This document shows, piece by piece, positions 40,258-54,000 of a stretch of 64,000 bases of DNA. The translations under genes and the position numbers were made by a program. A model generated the notes under the pieces. The model did no database searches and had not been told where the DNA came from. It saw nothing but the letters and a program-made list of their open reading frames with translations. The first letter of the stretch is position 1, and each line of letters starts with the position of its first letter. The stretch comes from Eledone cirrhosa (taxonomy: Eukaryota): positions 3,534,001 to 3,598,000 of the forward strand of contig OZ024746.1 of the NCBI GenBank assembly GCA_964016885.1. Reading direction: 5' to 3'.

Positions 40258-40872
40258 CTTGTAGACCGACAATTTTGATTAAAATCACCGAATGAGCCGA
40301 TTTTTTGGGGAATCCATTGTCTGATACCATTACCGGGAAGTCGAACTTTTTGCGATTAATCGGTATCGTATTGTTGAGTCGAAGTAGACCACTGTATTTA
40401 TCTATAGATATAACTGGATATTTATGTTCATAGAGCTGGTACGTAAGTTGTCTATTATATTCCTCCAAGGAACCATCAGTGGCATTTACAGAACCAATAA
40501 TCTTGCCAATATTTTCTGCCTGATACACTAGGAAAGTATAGCTACGTTCTGTAAATTGTGGTGTTACTTTGTTGACTTCAACAACATCAACAAACAGTTG
40601 GCGGATTCGATAAGTGTTCATTTTGAAAGTAGCTCGTATATTTAATTCGAACTGATGACCGACAGGTTTGTCAATCGCTGTCATCGTGCTGATTTCCCCA
40701 GACATTTTGTTAATCATGAAATATTTCAGTTCTCCCTGAGAAAAAAGCTGGTAGGACACAGCTTCTTCTTTAGTAGCATTGTTATACCCTACTACCTTCC
40801 TCACAAACACACCAGCCACAGCACTACTGTAAACCCTTGCGTTCGGCTTCACTCCATATATGTCTTGGGCGG
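40258..40872 (-). CDS. Coding exon 2: two cadherin-like repeats
   Basis: TTTTCCAG acceptor, GTGAG donor, 615 nt, phase 1-1; motifs FMINKMSGEIST, VNKVTPQF, GSVNATD, LTYQL, ISIDKYSGLL and VMVSDNGFP. Confidence 0.92.
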
Positions 40873-41467
40873 CTGGAAAAAATTTGAAAAAGAAAAAAAA
40901 AGAAAGGAACGTTAATTTTGAAATAAATATAAAAAAGCATAATAGTTTAGAAACGTACAGATACACATAACTGTTTACACTCACCGACATACACACATAC
41001 ACACACCAATCTCTCCATCCATCCATCGAGAATCGGTTATCTAAAGAGGCCGCAGGTACCCAACAATATGTTCCAATAACAAAGAGGCCGCAGGTACCCA
41101 ACAATATGTTCCAATAACAATGCTTGTTTCAGTAAGCAGATATCTTGGTGGTACTTGTTACTTCTCCAGAAATAGTTGGTCGTTGGATTCGCAGGGAAAA
41201 AGTCTTACGTTTTATTTTAAATCCCAGCACAACCTCTTTACCCAGTAAACTAAGTGATGATGAATGAAAGGGGGTGGCTGTCTTTAGTTGATGATGAATG
41301 AAAGGGGGTGGCTGTCTTTAGTTGATGATGAATGAAAGGGGGTGGCTGTCTTTAGTTGATGATGAATGAGAGGAGATGACGGGGTGACTATCCGGTTTAG
41401 TCACCGACCACATGATTATGTACTGGACTATATTGTCCCAGTAGTTGTTAGAAATTAACCTACACAT

Positions 41468-41506
<39 letters not shown>

Positions 41507-41927
41507 CATATATACACACACATATATATATAAACATCCACACAAACTATATACACAGAGTTATTGTTTCCATTTAAAGACTATGCTTTCTTTTTCCTTA
41601 TCCTTCTCTCTCTCTAGCTTTCTCTTCCACTCTCAAACACCTTATCTCTCCCTCTTTCACTCTCATACACCTTCTCTCTCTCTCTAAAATTATGATAGAT
41701 GCATAAACTAAAACTATCCCTCAACTAATTGAAGAATCGTCTCTGGTGAAAATACATCTATAAAACAATTTATTCTCTGTCAATATTTCAACCCTAATTA
41801 TGGACCTAACTTTCAGAGGTAGTATTAACATTTAACAACACTAATTGCTCCTGGAATTCTCTGTTACGAGCATTTAGACCAGAATTCTGATCTGCAGATC
41901 TTCAGACTAAACATCAGTCTAATCCAT

Positions 41928-41969
<42 letters not shown>

Positions 41970-42045
41970 CTATGGACCTGTAATCCCCGATAGAGGAGTA
42001 GAAGAGGCACCGTCTTGGCATTACGGTATGTTTTGGGCACTTTAA

Positions 42046-42264
42046 CCCTTTAGCATTTATATTATTATATATTTACTATGATATTTTCACGGTAAAGGAT
42101 TTACCTCATAATTATCTCACATAATTTTGAATCTATGAGATTTTGATATTATTTATTTTGAGAACAATACCTTAACTTCAGCATGAGCGGCTTGTTACGG
42201 CCGGTTTGAACAGAAAGAGGTGAGAGAATTCTGGCCGGATATAGCCGGTTTAAATGCTAAAGGG
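42046..42264. mobile_element. piggyBac-type MITE, 219 bp
   Basis: TTAA TSDs (42042-42045, 42265-42268); perfect 14-bp TIRs CCCTTTAGCATTTA / TAAATGCTAAAGGG. Confidence 0.9.
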
Positions 42265-42894
42265 TTAAACCTGGCAGAACCTATCCATTCTTCAGATTTC
42301 GTCCAGTGAAGAAGAGAGAGAGAGAGTGGCTCACCAATCTAGGACAGACTGACAATATCACGAGCAATGCCCTTCCTCCCCTGAGTATTAAAAAACAAAA
42401 CAAGTTAAAGTAAAAATTGGTGTACTCATTATCCATGGCTGAATTTCTGTGAAGATGATAACAGCAATTAGTGTTATATTGTTTACATAGGATGTAACTC
42501 CAAAACTCAGTTTTCAGCTTTGGAACAGTTACTGCATTTCAGTCACTTCTGAATATATGAAGCAGGTAGGTGAAGGTAAATCAAACAGCGTTGATAATAT
42601 GCTATGCTATTGTGTATACAAGCAAACACACACCACACATACACATAACACGCGCACACACACACCACACATACACATAACACGCGCACACACACACACA
42701 TACACATGATATGGATTATATGTGTGTGCTCATACATATGAATATCTATATAAATATCTATGTAAATAAATATACCTGTACATATATCATTCATTTCGTT
42801 GACGTAAAAATATTCTCTTTCGATTTACATTTATGTTGCATCATTTTCAAACACCTTAGCACAACACATTGTAAAGAATCCAAGATAAGCTTAC

Positions 42895-42970
42895 CTATAG
42901 TTGCGACCGTATATACACTGAGCAAATACAGGCTGGAGTAAAGTAACTGCCTGGTAATCCGATGATTCAT
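42895..42970 (-). CDS. First coding exon: signal peptide (alternative in-frame ATG at 43003; exon probably begins at the acceptor at 43173)
   Basis: MNHRITRQLLYSSLYLLSVYTVATI + G|GTAAG joins in phase 1 to give ...VATIAAQDIYG; there is an in-frame TAG upstream. Confidence 0.78.
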
Positions 42971-43589
42971 TTTGACATTCAATCTGATGGGAGAAAAGAA
43001 CATTTTTACATCCAACTACATTTGTTAGTAAGTGTACAGTTTGAAAGAGAGTTGCAACTGTCGATAGATTCATATGGTAATAAAAGATCCTCGCGATTCT
43101 TAGAATATCAATTAACAGATCTCTCGATGGTTTCAGGTTTGAATTCAATCGAACACGCGTTCGCTGGAAATCTCTGAAAACAATTAAATTTAGATATTGT
43201 CTCATACTGTGAGGAATTCGACATTGTTATTTTTACGAGTTTTTTTTTTTTTTAAATGTCAAATAATAGTGAAAATAATTTGATGGTGGGAAGTATTTTT
43301 CCTTTTTACAATGGTAGTAAATTGTAAGTTATTTCTCTGAAGAATTGCGACAACTATAACTTCCATAGTTTGGGTTCGATCGAAGTGGGTGTCTATGTGT
43401 GCTTTCTTTACTATTTGTATGGTTTGGATAATGTTTTGTTTTCTTTCCTCAGTCGACAGAATAGGGTGTTTATCCACTCACAGCCTGTCTTTTAATTTAA
43501 CTACTTCTCTTGTTCTATCTCAAGTGTTTTTTGCTTCTAAGATGTTTTCTTCAACTGAATCAAGCTTTATAGTAAGTAAATGTACCTTA

Positions 43590-43738
43590 CTCTAACTGGT
43601 GGTTGGTGACGTCAACATATATAGCAGTGGTGGTGGGTTACCATGATAAAGGAGTATGTATGAGTGTGAGTGTGAGAGTGAAAGAGAAAGAGAGGGGTTG
43701 AATGAATAACAGAGAGAGAGAGAGTGAGAGGAAGAGAG

Positions 43739-43809
<71 letters not shown>

Positions 43810-43810
43810 A
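43590..43810 (-). promoter_or_regulatory. Candidate core promoter of the cadherin-FN3-EGF gene
   Basis: Minus strand TATATAT (43623-43617), TGACGTCA (43607-43614), Inr-like CCAGTT with its A at 43597, and an upstream (GA)n tract; no transcript evidence. Confidence 0.28.
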
Positions 43811-44141
43811 GTAAAGAAACAAAAGAAATACAGAAGAAGGGTGTTAGAAAAGAAAGAAAAAAATGGTAGGGAACTTAAGCAGCGCTACCACGCATTTTAG
43901 CACAGATCTCACACAAAAGCTTATTCACACTAACTCGTATTATATGGTTTAAGTGGAGGAGGTGGAGAACGAAGAAGATATACTGACATACACACATTCA
44001 CACATACATCTACATATCTTATAGCTATCTTCTTTCTCTTCCCCCTCTTTGTCTGTCTCTCTCTGTCTCTTTCTCTCTCTATATCTATCTAAATATATAT
44101 ATGTGTGTGTGTGTGTGGGTGTGTGTGTGTACATATATGTA

Positions 44142-44183
<42 letters not shown>

Positions 44184-44222
44184 GGAAAACGAAGAATCCA
44201 AGCAACCTTACTACAAATATAT

Positions 44223-44371
<149 letters not shown>

Positions 44372-44497
44372 AAAAAGTATGACCCCGACGGCAGAGCTCA
44401 AGCCGTTTCAGTCTTTCCTATTTCCCACTCTACTACCCTAAGTATTGAGTACTCTGGTTCGTTAGGGTCCATCTGCTTCCTTACCACATTTCCTTTG

Positions 44498-44561
<64 letters not shown>

Positions 44562-45837
44562 AAAAAAGATGAAATCGAAAACGCAACTGAAGTCTTTTTT
44601 TATAAAAATATATATTTATTTGGTTCCTTTACCGGTTTCGCAGTTCTTCTGCTTTTCAAAAGTAGAATTGAGATCGAAGGTTTGTTGTTTTTCTCACCAA
44701 ATGTGATAAAATAAAGTACCAGTAATGCACTGAGATAATTGCTGGCCTTGTGCCAAAAGTAGAAACAATTATATATGTGACATTACTTCAATTCACTCTA
44801 CTTTTCCCTTGACTCGTCCACATGTGTGATGGACGCTGTTTTACAGCGTCTCTTGGACACAGTTCATTCCTACATGTACTCTAGTTTAGATTTACTACAT
44901 TTTGTTGGTCGAATCAGCCGACAATTCTTTCATACATAGTTTACATATCTTTACATATCTTTACATATCTTTACATATCTTTACATGTCTTTACATGTCG
45001 TATAGTATTAGTATTAGTATTGACATCACAAATTGGCGGATCCGTTTAAGCGTAATATCGAATTATTTGTAATGATTGTTTTAACTCAATTGTTCAAATC
45101 TCACTGATAACACCACTGCTGCTGCTGCTGGTGGTGGTGATGGTGGTGGTGGTGGTGGTGGTGATGGTGGTGGTGATGGTGGTGGTGGTGGTGGTAGTGG
45201 TTGTGGTGGTGGTGGTGGTGGTGGTGGTGGTGGTGGTGGTAGTGGTTGTGGTTGTGGTTGTGGTGGTGGTGGTGGTGGTGGTGGTGATGGTGGTGGTGGT
45301 GGTGGTGGTAGTGGTTGTGGTGGTGGTAGTGGTTGTGGTGGTGGTGGTGGTGGTGGTGGTGGTGGTGGTGGTGGTGGTGGTGACGGTGGTGGTGGTGGTA
45401 GTGGTGGTGGTGGTGGTAGTAGTGGTGGTGGTGGTGGTGGTGACGACAACGATGATCACGATGAAAACAATTGGACGTGAATTCTGCCTTGTAATGATAG
45501 GAAGCCCCAGTACCGTTCCATCCTATCCTCCTTGGTCAACAATCATTCATGAGTGACCCCTAGTTTTTACATGACTCACTGTTCTCTTTCACTGCCCTTC
45601 CTCTTTCCTGTAGTACTATATCCTCTTCCTACTCCCCTTGCCGTCCTCATCTTCACTACTACCACGTCATTCTATGTAACCTAATCATTTCCGAGTCTCC
45701 TCTTTAAGATTATATTCCTACATTCCAACCGACCACCACTAACCAGAGAGAGAACCTCAACTGAAATATTCAGTTGAATGTATCACCACAGAAAGCAGGA
45801 AAAAAGCCAATTTAATTGCATAGGAAAACATAGTAGT

Positions 45838-46161
45838 GGCACTGCGTCTGTTAGGACGACGAGTATCCCAGTTGGTACGATCAACAGAACAGCCTGCTCG
45901 TGAAATTAACGTGCAAGTCGCTTAGTATTCCACAAACACGTGCACCTTAAACGTAGTTCTCAAGGAGATTCAGCGTGACACAGAATGTGACAAGGCTGGC
46001 CTTTCGCACAACAGGTACAACTCATTTTTGCCAGCTGAGTGGACTGAAACAACGTGAAATAAAGTGTCTTGCTCAAGGACACAACGTGCTGCCGGGAATC
46101 GAACTCACGACCTTACGATCGTGAGCCGAATACCCCTAACCACACAGCCACGCGCCTTCAC
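45838..46161 (-). mobile_element. tRNA-derived SINE family 2, near full length (partial copies at 35917-36060 +, 54447-54567 +, ~55045-55160 -)
   Basis: Head GTGAAGGCGCGTGGCTGTGTGGTTAG...GAGTTCGATTCCC with A/B boxes, then GTGTCCTTGAGCAAGACACTTTATTTCAC. Confidence 0.85.
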
Positions 46162-48564
46162 ATAGGAAAACATGAGATAAACAAGGAATTTTTGACAACA
46201 CTATCATAGAAGGAGATATTCATAACGATACGACACGCCCCACCCTCACAAATACTTTCATACCAAATGAAGAAAACGTCAAACGAAATGACAGTTTCAT
46301 ATTTGCCTGTAAACAACAGGGACGCTTTGAATATGAATTGGCCGAGCTGCTTAGTCAGATTTTGTAATGAAGAAACACATTTTTGCCGGAACAATTAGGA
46401 GCAGCTCTCTGCGACTTATAGGACAATATTTCATCAATAAGATACAGAACTGTGTGACTGTTTCTAAAACCATGTTTATGTAGGTTAACTCTCGGTATAT
46501 CTGGGCTGCAGTAGTTAGGTCGAGGAAATACGAGGTTCACAGTGAAAGACACTGTCTTTTAGCTTGTTATCTTTATGGAAGAGCACAAGCAGGTGTGTGT
46601 GTGTATGTGTGTGTGTGTGTGTGAACCTCTTTGTAAATTGTTGACATAGACAACAATTTACAAAGAGGTTGGTACTTGTTAGAACTATCTTTTGGATTTC
46701 ATAGAGACTAGCGTTACTATTTGCTATGATGATGATGGTATGTATTATTAAACGTACGTGTGAAATCCAGTTAAATAGTGTTGCACGCTCAAAGTCCTGG
46801 CAGTTGTAAATAATTGTTTCTACTTTTGGCACAAGGCCAGCAATTATCCCAGTGTATTACTGGTACTTTATTTTATCGACCCCCGTAAGGATGAAAAGCA
46901 AAGTTAAACTCGGCGGGATTTGAACTCAGAATGGCAAGGGCCGTAACTCTATGCGTCAAAGCATGGCGTCCGACCCTCTATCAATACTGCCAATCCACCG
47001 CCCTTGTAAATGATACCCAAATGAAACCAGGTGAAAGTAACAGATTCCCCAAACAAGGCATGTATGTTAATTTATTGCAATGGCATTTCTGCATTTCAGC
47101 TGCATAAATTATTCGAATGTGAGAACCATGCTAAATTCATAAATGCGAGTATTTGCTTAGGATTGAAAATATTAACAACAAAAATTAAATTATGTTCTAG
47201 TGTCACAAATATCAGTCCTAATTTTCTGTGAATTGTCCTAAATATAGTTTTCTAGTTTCACAAATAGCTCTAAATTTCAAACCTTCCATATTTGGATGAT
47301 TTGAGGAATAATGGAAAATTTTCATGTAACTATGAATTCTAAGTTAAGCAAAAAGCCAGTAATTTATGGGGAGAGGGAAGCAGATTATAGCAACCCTTGT
47401 TCTTGTTACTTTAATTTATCGACCTCGGAAGAATGTAAGGCAAAGATGACCTCGGTGAGATTTGAACTCATAAGTAAAGTGACGGAACTGAATAGCGCAA
47501 GTCATTCTGTCCGACGCTCTAGCGATTCTGCCAATCCCGAAATTGCACGAAATAATGGTTAATAAAGGCTATCAATTTTGGGGGAAGGGAAAGTCGATTA
47601 AATCGACCCAGTGCGTGACTGGTACTTTATTTTATCGACCCCATAAGCATGAAAGGCAAAGTTAACCACGACGGGATTTGAACTCAGAAATTGCACGAAT
47701 TAATAATATGTAATATTCGACCAAATTACTGTCGATATAATGAACTTGAAGGGAAAAAAATCATATAATAAAACAGTTTTGAAACAATGAATGTTGCATT
47801 TATTATGTTATGAATACTGGATTGTTATAAATGTTAAATTCTTTAGATAATTAAAAAAAAAATCAAAAGAATTTCTGAAATGTCACATATAGAACATTTA
47901 ACTCCAAAATATGACAGCAAAGGTATGATTCACACTTAACAATTGGTTTCTATGTACAGTGCGACACTCGAGCGACAACTGTCTAACCTTTTATGATCTA
48001 CACGTACCAATGATTAATAAGCGAGCCGTATTGGGTTCACAGGATGGGAAAACGAGGTTTTATGACGTTTATGCTCCTACCAAAACTATTAGGAATGGGT
48101 GACCACATGGTTCTGTGTTCGATCCATCCTACTGTGTGACAACCTGAGGCAAGAAGTGTTTTCTACTAAAGCTTCGAGTTGACTAAATACATTAAGAGTG
48201 GAATGTTGTAGCGAGTATTTAAAGACCAGTTTGAAGATGAGTAACGTCAACTTTTCAAGAATGGAGGACATTGCTACAAACCATTCACTTTAGCATTCTC
48301 CCTGTGGGAAGGAATTTGAAGACATGGCGGAGAAATGCTCTCAACTCTACCAGGAGAAGCGAGAAAGGAAGCCTGCATGGAGATTATTACCTAGTATTTC
48401 TAACCAAACATTCCGATTTTCTACTTGCGGCTGAAGCTGCACATCAAAGGACCCTCAGTTGAAAGAAAAGATGGCCATCATCGAATCGATAGACAACCAC
48501 GAGCCAAGTATACATATCAATTAATAAATAAATACATATATAATAAATAAAGTTATATTATATA

Positions 48565-48790
48565 CAGTGTAAACCATAAGTAATCGGAAGTCAATGTATT
48601 TTTATTACAAGGTTCACAGATAAGTTTTTGAACATCCGTTTATTTGTTATGGTTATATATTTCTTTAAACTACTTTTGTTTGATGTATTTATAATTTCGT
48701 AATGTATGACCAGAATTCTAGTAAATTAGTAAATATTATATCATTTGAAATATAAATGTTGGACTGCGCGCTTACATATGACTCACCCTA
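48565..48790. mobile_element. Degenerate Tc1/mariner-type MITE
   Basis: TA flanks; imperfect TIRs CAGTGTAAACCATAAGTAATCG / CGCTTACATATGACTCACCCTA. Confidence 0.45.
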
Positions 48791-48797
48791 TAGACAT

Positions 48798-48831
<34 letters not shown>

Positions 48832-49279
48832 GCAAAAGGGTTATTTAATTTGTTGGTAATTCAACAAATATATATGTTTATAACTGATTCGAAGCACTCG
48901 ACAGATTTTCTGGAGTATAATATCAATGATATTAAATAAATGGAAACTATATTTATAAAACCATAAATATGGTTTTATAAATATAGTTTCCATTTATTTA
49001 ATATCATATATATATATATGGGAAAATGTTCAAGACCTCGACGGCAGAGCTCAAGCCGTTTCGACGGCTATTTCTGTCCATAGAGAAAAATCACAAACCT
49101 TCCATCTCAACTCTACTTTTGAAAATCAGAAGAACTGCGAAACCGGTAAAGGAACCAAATAAATATATATATTTTTTATAAAAAAAGACTCCAGTTGCAT
49201 TTTCGATTTCATTTTTTTCCTTATGCTTTCACTCGTGTAGGACACCGGGTTTTTTTTTCATTTTGTAAAAAAACCTCAC

Positions 49280-49348
<69 letters not shown>

Positions 49349-50380
49349 GTTATGCAAGAAATGCTTAGGATTATCCTGAATGCAGTAATGGTTAATTACT
49401 ACACTAGATAGAGTCGACGTACGGTGAGGGGTTACTCAACGAGTTATGGAAGAATAGTTAAAGAAGCTCAGTTTCTGATCCTTCTGTATTCCGGAGTGTA
49501 GATAAAGAATGAATAATAACAGGTAGACACCATAAAAAGGTAATTTATTCCGAGTGCTTACAAATGTTTCAACAGTAGTTATACAGCCTAGACATGTTAT
49601 GTGCAAATTGGTGATTATTTGATTGCAGAAACTCAATTTTATAACTACTGTTGAAACATTTGGAAGCACTCGGAATAAATTGCCTTTTTATGATGTCTAC
49701 CTGTTATTATTCATTATATATTTATATATAAGAGAGTATTGAAGTTTGCTTGAAGCATTGTGGAATAATAAGGTAAATTTCTTTAAGTCGTTTGGAAGCC
49801 TCGACAATGCAGATGGGTAAATCTCCGGGTAACAAGATTCGGTGGTGGAGAGAGAGAAGTAAGTGGGTATACGTTGAGAAGCGTGGCGTGTATAAGACTG
49901 TAACGTGTAGAGGAATGAAGGAAGGAGCGTAAAGGATAAAAATAAAAATAACAACACGAGAAAGAGTTACATTGGGAGAGATTTAATTGTCCCTATATAT
50001 TTCGGATTCACATCCATCAACTGGAGATTTTTTCCCGGGGGGAGGTTGTCCGTCGGAAAGGTGCGAAACATGTCCTCCGTTGTTCGTTGTTTTGTTCATG
50101 AAATATATATATATATATATTTTTCATGAAATTGTAGGAATCTCAAACATGGAAGTAGCTGTAAAACAGCCAGATGTTATGAATAAGGAAGGAGGTCGGG
50201 TTAAATATAACCTCTTATGAACGGAAGGACGGTCAGAGTAGAAGAGAGAGAGAGATAGTGTAAATCATATAATGAGAGATAGGAGAGGTATATAAGTATA
50301 TATATGCCTCTGTGTGTGTGTGTAAGTATATATATAATATAAAACGAAGAATCAGTGATGCATCTGGACTCAGTTTATTG

Positions 50381-50470
50381 TGTGTTACAATTGTTTCGCC
50401 GGCAGGTAGCTCGAGACATGATCACTGTATGGTTCTGTCTGATTCTAGATCTGCAGCTTCTTCGGACACA
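50381..50470 (-). ncRNA. Hammerhead-like motif, family E (left arm of fold-back 50332-50651)
   Basis: Minus strand: TGTGT-CCGAAGA-[AGCTGCAGAT...ACCTGCCGGC]-GAAA-CAATTG-TA/ACACA. Confidence 0.58.
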
Positions 50471-50512
50471 GGCAATACTTTTGGAACAAATTTTCTCACC
50501 GAAATTATTGCC

Positions 50513-50602
50513 TGTGTCCGAAGAACCTGCAGATCTAGAATCAGACAGATCCATACAGTGATCATGTCTCGACCTATCTGCCGGCGAAACAATTGTAACA
50601 CA
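50513..50602 (+). ncRNA. Hammerhead-like motif, family E (right arm), U4C core variant
   Basis: TGTGT-CCGAAGA-[ACCTGCAGAT...ATCTGCCGGC]-GAAA-CAATTG-TA/ACACA; palindromic stem III; predicted cut after 50597. Confidence 0.62.
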
Positions 50603-50747
50603 CAATAAACTGAGTCCAGATGCATCACTGATTCTTCGTTTTATATTATATCACACTCTGCTCTGTAAGAACATAGAGTGCTCAACTGTCATACCACCTA
50701 TGGAAGCATCATAGCTACCATTAAACACACACACACACACACACATA

Positions 50748-50792
<45 letters not shown>

Positions 50793-51000
50793 GCATACAC
50801 ACACACAGACACACATATAGATGGAGGATAACTTTTACACCTACATTAAAAGATGCAAATATCTAGATATCTCACGAGGTAACTTGTGATAAATATTTCA
50901 TATGTACTTTAGGTGGTATGCTTTTCGGCAATTCTTCCAGTTGTTTTCAATTTAGATAAATAAAGGCATAGCACCGACTACCTGTATATATATATGCACA

Positions 51001-51075
<75 letters not shown>

Positions 51076-54000
51076 TAATATATATATACACAGACACACG
51101 TTTATATTCAGGAACAGATGGTCTCCCACTTGACAATTATTCATATACATACCTCTTCATACAAAAAAGGATAGGTTATTTTCTTTTACAATAAGAACCG
51201 TTCGTTGTGACAATTATTTTGAAGAATCCCTTGCCATTCTAAGTTCAAATCCCGCCGGGGTTGATAAAATAAAGTACCAGTAATACACTGGGTAATTGCT
51301 GGCCTTGTGCCAAAAGTAGAAACAATTATTATCTTTACGTTTGGCTCAAGGCCAGCAATTTAAAGGGAAGGAGATGGTCGATTTATCAACCTCAGTGTGT
51401 GACTGGTACTTTATTTTATCGACTCCGTGAGGATGAAAGGCAAAGCTAACCTCGGCAGGATTTGAACTTAGAATATAAAGAGCCGTAACTCAATGCCACG
51501 AAGTATTTCGCCCGGCGCTCTATCAGTTACTGCAATATTTCAATAATGACAGAAACAAACGGTTCATATGCTGCGCTGCTTTTACTTTTCTATATATCGT
51601 CACTGAAATTATCGAAACAATTATTGAGAGAGCAGCCACAGTGAGGTTTACTATATAGTCGCATGGTTTGCTAGAAATAGCAGCCAAATTGCACTCAATT
51701 AGAATAAGATGGTCAAGTAGAATAATATAATCCCAGGTCCATACTTTTGGGAAACACACGACAACTAATTGCGCACATTACAACTAATTCTATAAATTTT
51801 ATATTACGAAGATAAAACATGCTCGCGCTGTAAAAACCGTTGTGCGAGCCGCAGGTGTACTTGTAAAGGGTCGCATGTTTGACATGCCTGGTCTAGGGCA
51901 CTACTGTTTCTGTCACATACCATCGCTTCTTTTATTCGAAACATTGAATATTAATATGAGATACAAATACGACTAAGAAATAATTGTTTCTACTTTTGGA
52001 ACAAGGCCAGCAATTACCCAGTGCATTACTGGTACTTTATTTTATCGACCCCGTAAGGATGAAAGGCAAAATCAACCTCGGCGGGATTTGAACTCAGATC
52101 GTTAAGGGACGCAACTATCCTGGAAAGCATGGCGTCCGACCCTCTACCGATACTGCCAATCCACCGCCTCATACGACTAAGAAATAATGATTTCTACTTT
52201 AGGCAGAAGGCGAGCAATGTTGGTGGAGGGGAAAGTCGATTAAATCAGCCCAGTACATTACTAAGAAATAACGCGTGTTTGGTAAAAATACCAAGGTAAT
52301 AAGAAAGTGAAGTAAAAGAGTGAGGACGATGGGAAGTTGCCTTAGCAATTTTTAATGATCTCAAATATATGTCACCCATCATCCAGAGAGTCCTAAGTGG
52401 GGGCCTCAGAGAGAACCCTGAGAAATGTTGTGGCTCTTCGATTTATTTAATTTAATATATTTTCTTCCCCGCTCGACTGTTGCAGCCATACTGACTTCTA
52501 ATACGTGGTTCGTTAGAAATCCACATAAATACTTTAATCGATTAAATTGTTGATTAATTAATAATTAATTAATTCATTTGTTCATTCATTCAAATATGTT
52601 GAGAGTATTGACATGTCAAAGCTGAAGATTTACCTGTCATGAGAGATATCTGGAGCCCTAAATATATTTAAAATCTTAAAGTGACATATTTCGACAAGGT
52701 TTTAACTCCAAGGTGAGTACAACTACCATAACATGAAATGAACGTCGATGGTTGTGGAAGTTGATAGGATATTAAATACTGATCCGAAGACTTTGTTTTT
52801 ATCCTGTGACTGCTTCATAATTAAAGCCATAAATCATACTGGCTCAGTCATCTTAGTTATTAAAGAGTGGGAAGATACATCTCAGTGTAAAAGATGGAAC
52901 TCTCTAACGTGCTTGACACTATTGCTAGTACTCATGTTTAAAATAAGGATAAACTTCTTGGTTTATAAAGACGAGCAAAGGGAAAGTATAATGTTATTGT
53001 ATCAGAGGCCATTAATGCCCAATTTGTTAGAAACCTCTACGTGGTCGCTTGACCTGTTGGAAACAACAGTCGAATTTCGGAAAAGGAAATCAAATTACAA
53101 TGTAATACTAGATGTATGAAAATAACAAAAACAAAACAAAACAAAACAACCCGGATGGTCATTGTTGGAAGGGTTTTGATCACAAACCATTAACAGACCT
53201 GTCAATTCTCCCCGTCAGATGGGGAGATCTCCCACTCACTTTGGGTGTCTTCTCTTGTGAAAATGGGTATAGCTTTCATTATGTAAAATCTCCCCATTTT
53301 ACCCCATTTATCTCCGTTTTGGGGCACTTTTATTCATGGTACTCCCCGTTTGGGGTTTTAGAAGTTGGCAGGTCCACATTAATGACGGTAGTAGTCGAAA
53401 TGTTGGCTTGTGAGACTGACAGTCTCTAGAAACCATAAAATAAATATCAACTTCTTGGTAAAGAAGAAAGATTAAATTGCTTGTTTTAAGAGAGCTAATT
53501 TCTCTTGATTTATCATCAACAACGAACGCACTCTAACATTACAACTGATGTCTCTAGCGTTGTATATTTTCTACACCTACAATTTGGTGCTTAACATGTT
53601 TACAATTAATTCATTATATGTCTACCAAAATAGTGATGTGTTGCACGATTGCCTCTAATTAGTTCAAGGTTAACTGGTTGTTAAAGATAAATGTAGTTTG
53701 TGTAGAGTAAGTAGCTCTTGAAATGTATTTTCTATATTGAAGAATTGTTTTCTCTTGTGTAACAGAAAAGTACCGAAAAAAAAGTGATACTAGAGGCTCA
53801 TATAAATAATTGTTTCTACTTTTGGCACAAGGCCAGCAATTGTCCCAGAGAATTACTGGTACTTTATTTTATCGACCCCGTAAGGATGAAAGGCAAAGCT
53901 AACCTCGGCGGGATTTGAACTCAGACCATAAAGGGCCGTAACTCTATGCTGCAAAGCATGGCGTCCGACCTTCTACCGATACTGCTGAAAAGCTTCGCCT

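Noticed and set aside
39734-41104. 456-aa ORF as a single-exon gene
   Set aside because: Only 40872-40258 is bounded by splice sites and cadherin-like; the rest is intron read-through, including a (CA)n-derived His/Thr tail.
45838-46161. tRNA gene
   Set aside because: The A/B boxes belong to a multi-copy SINE head; no complete cloverleaf or Pol III terminator.
50312-50628. Paired sense and antisense ORFs
   Set aside because: A by-product of the 153-bp palindrome.
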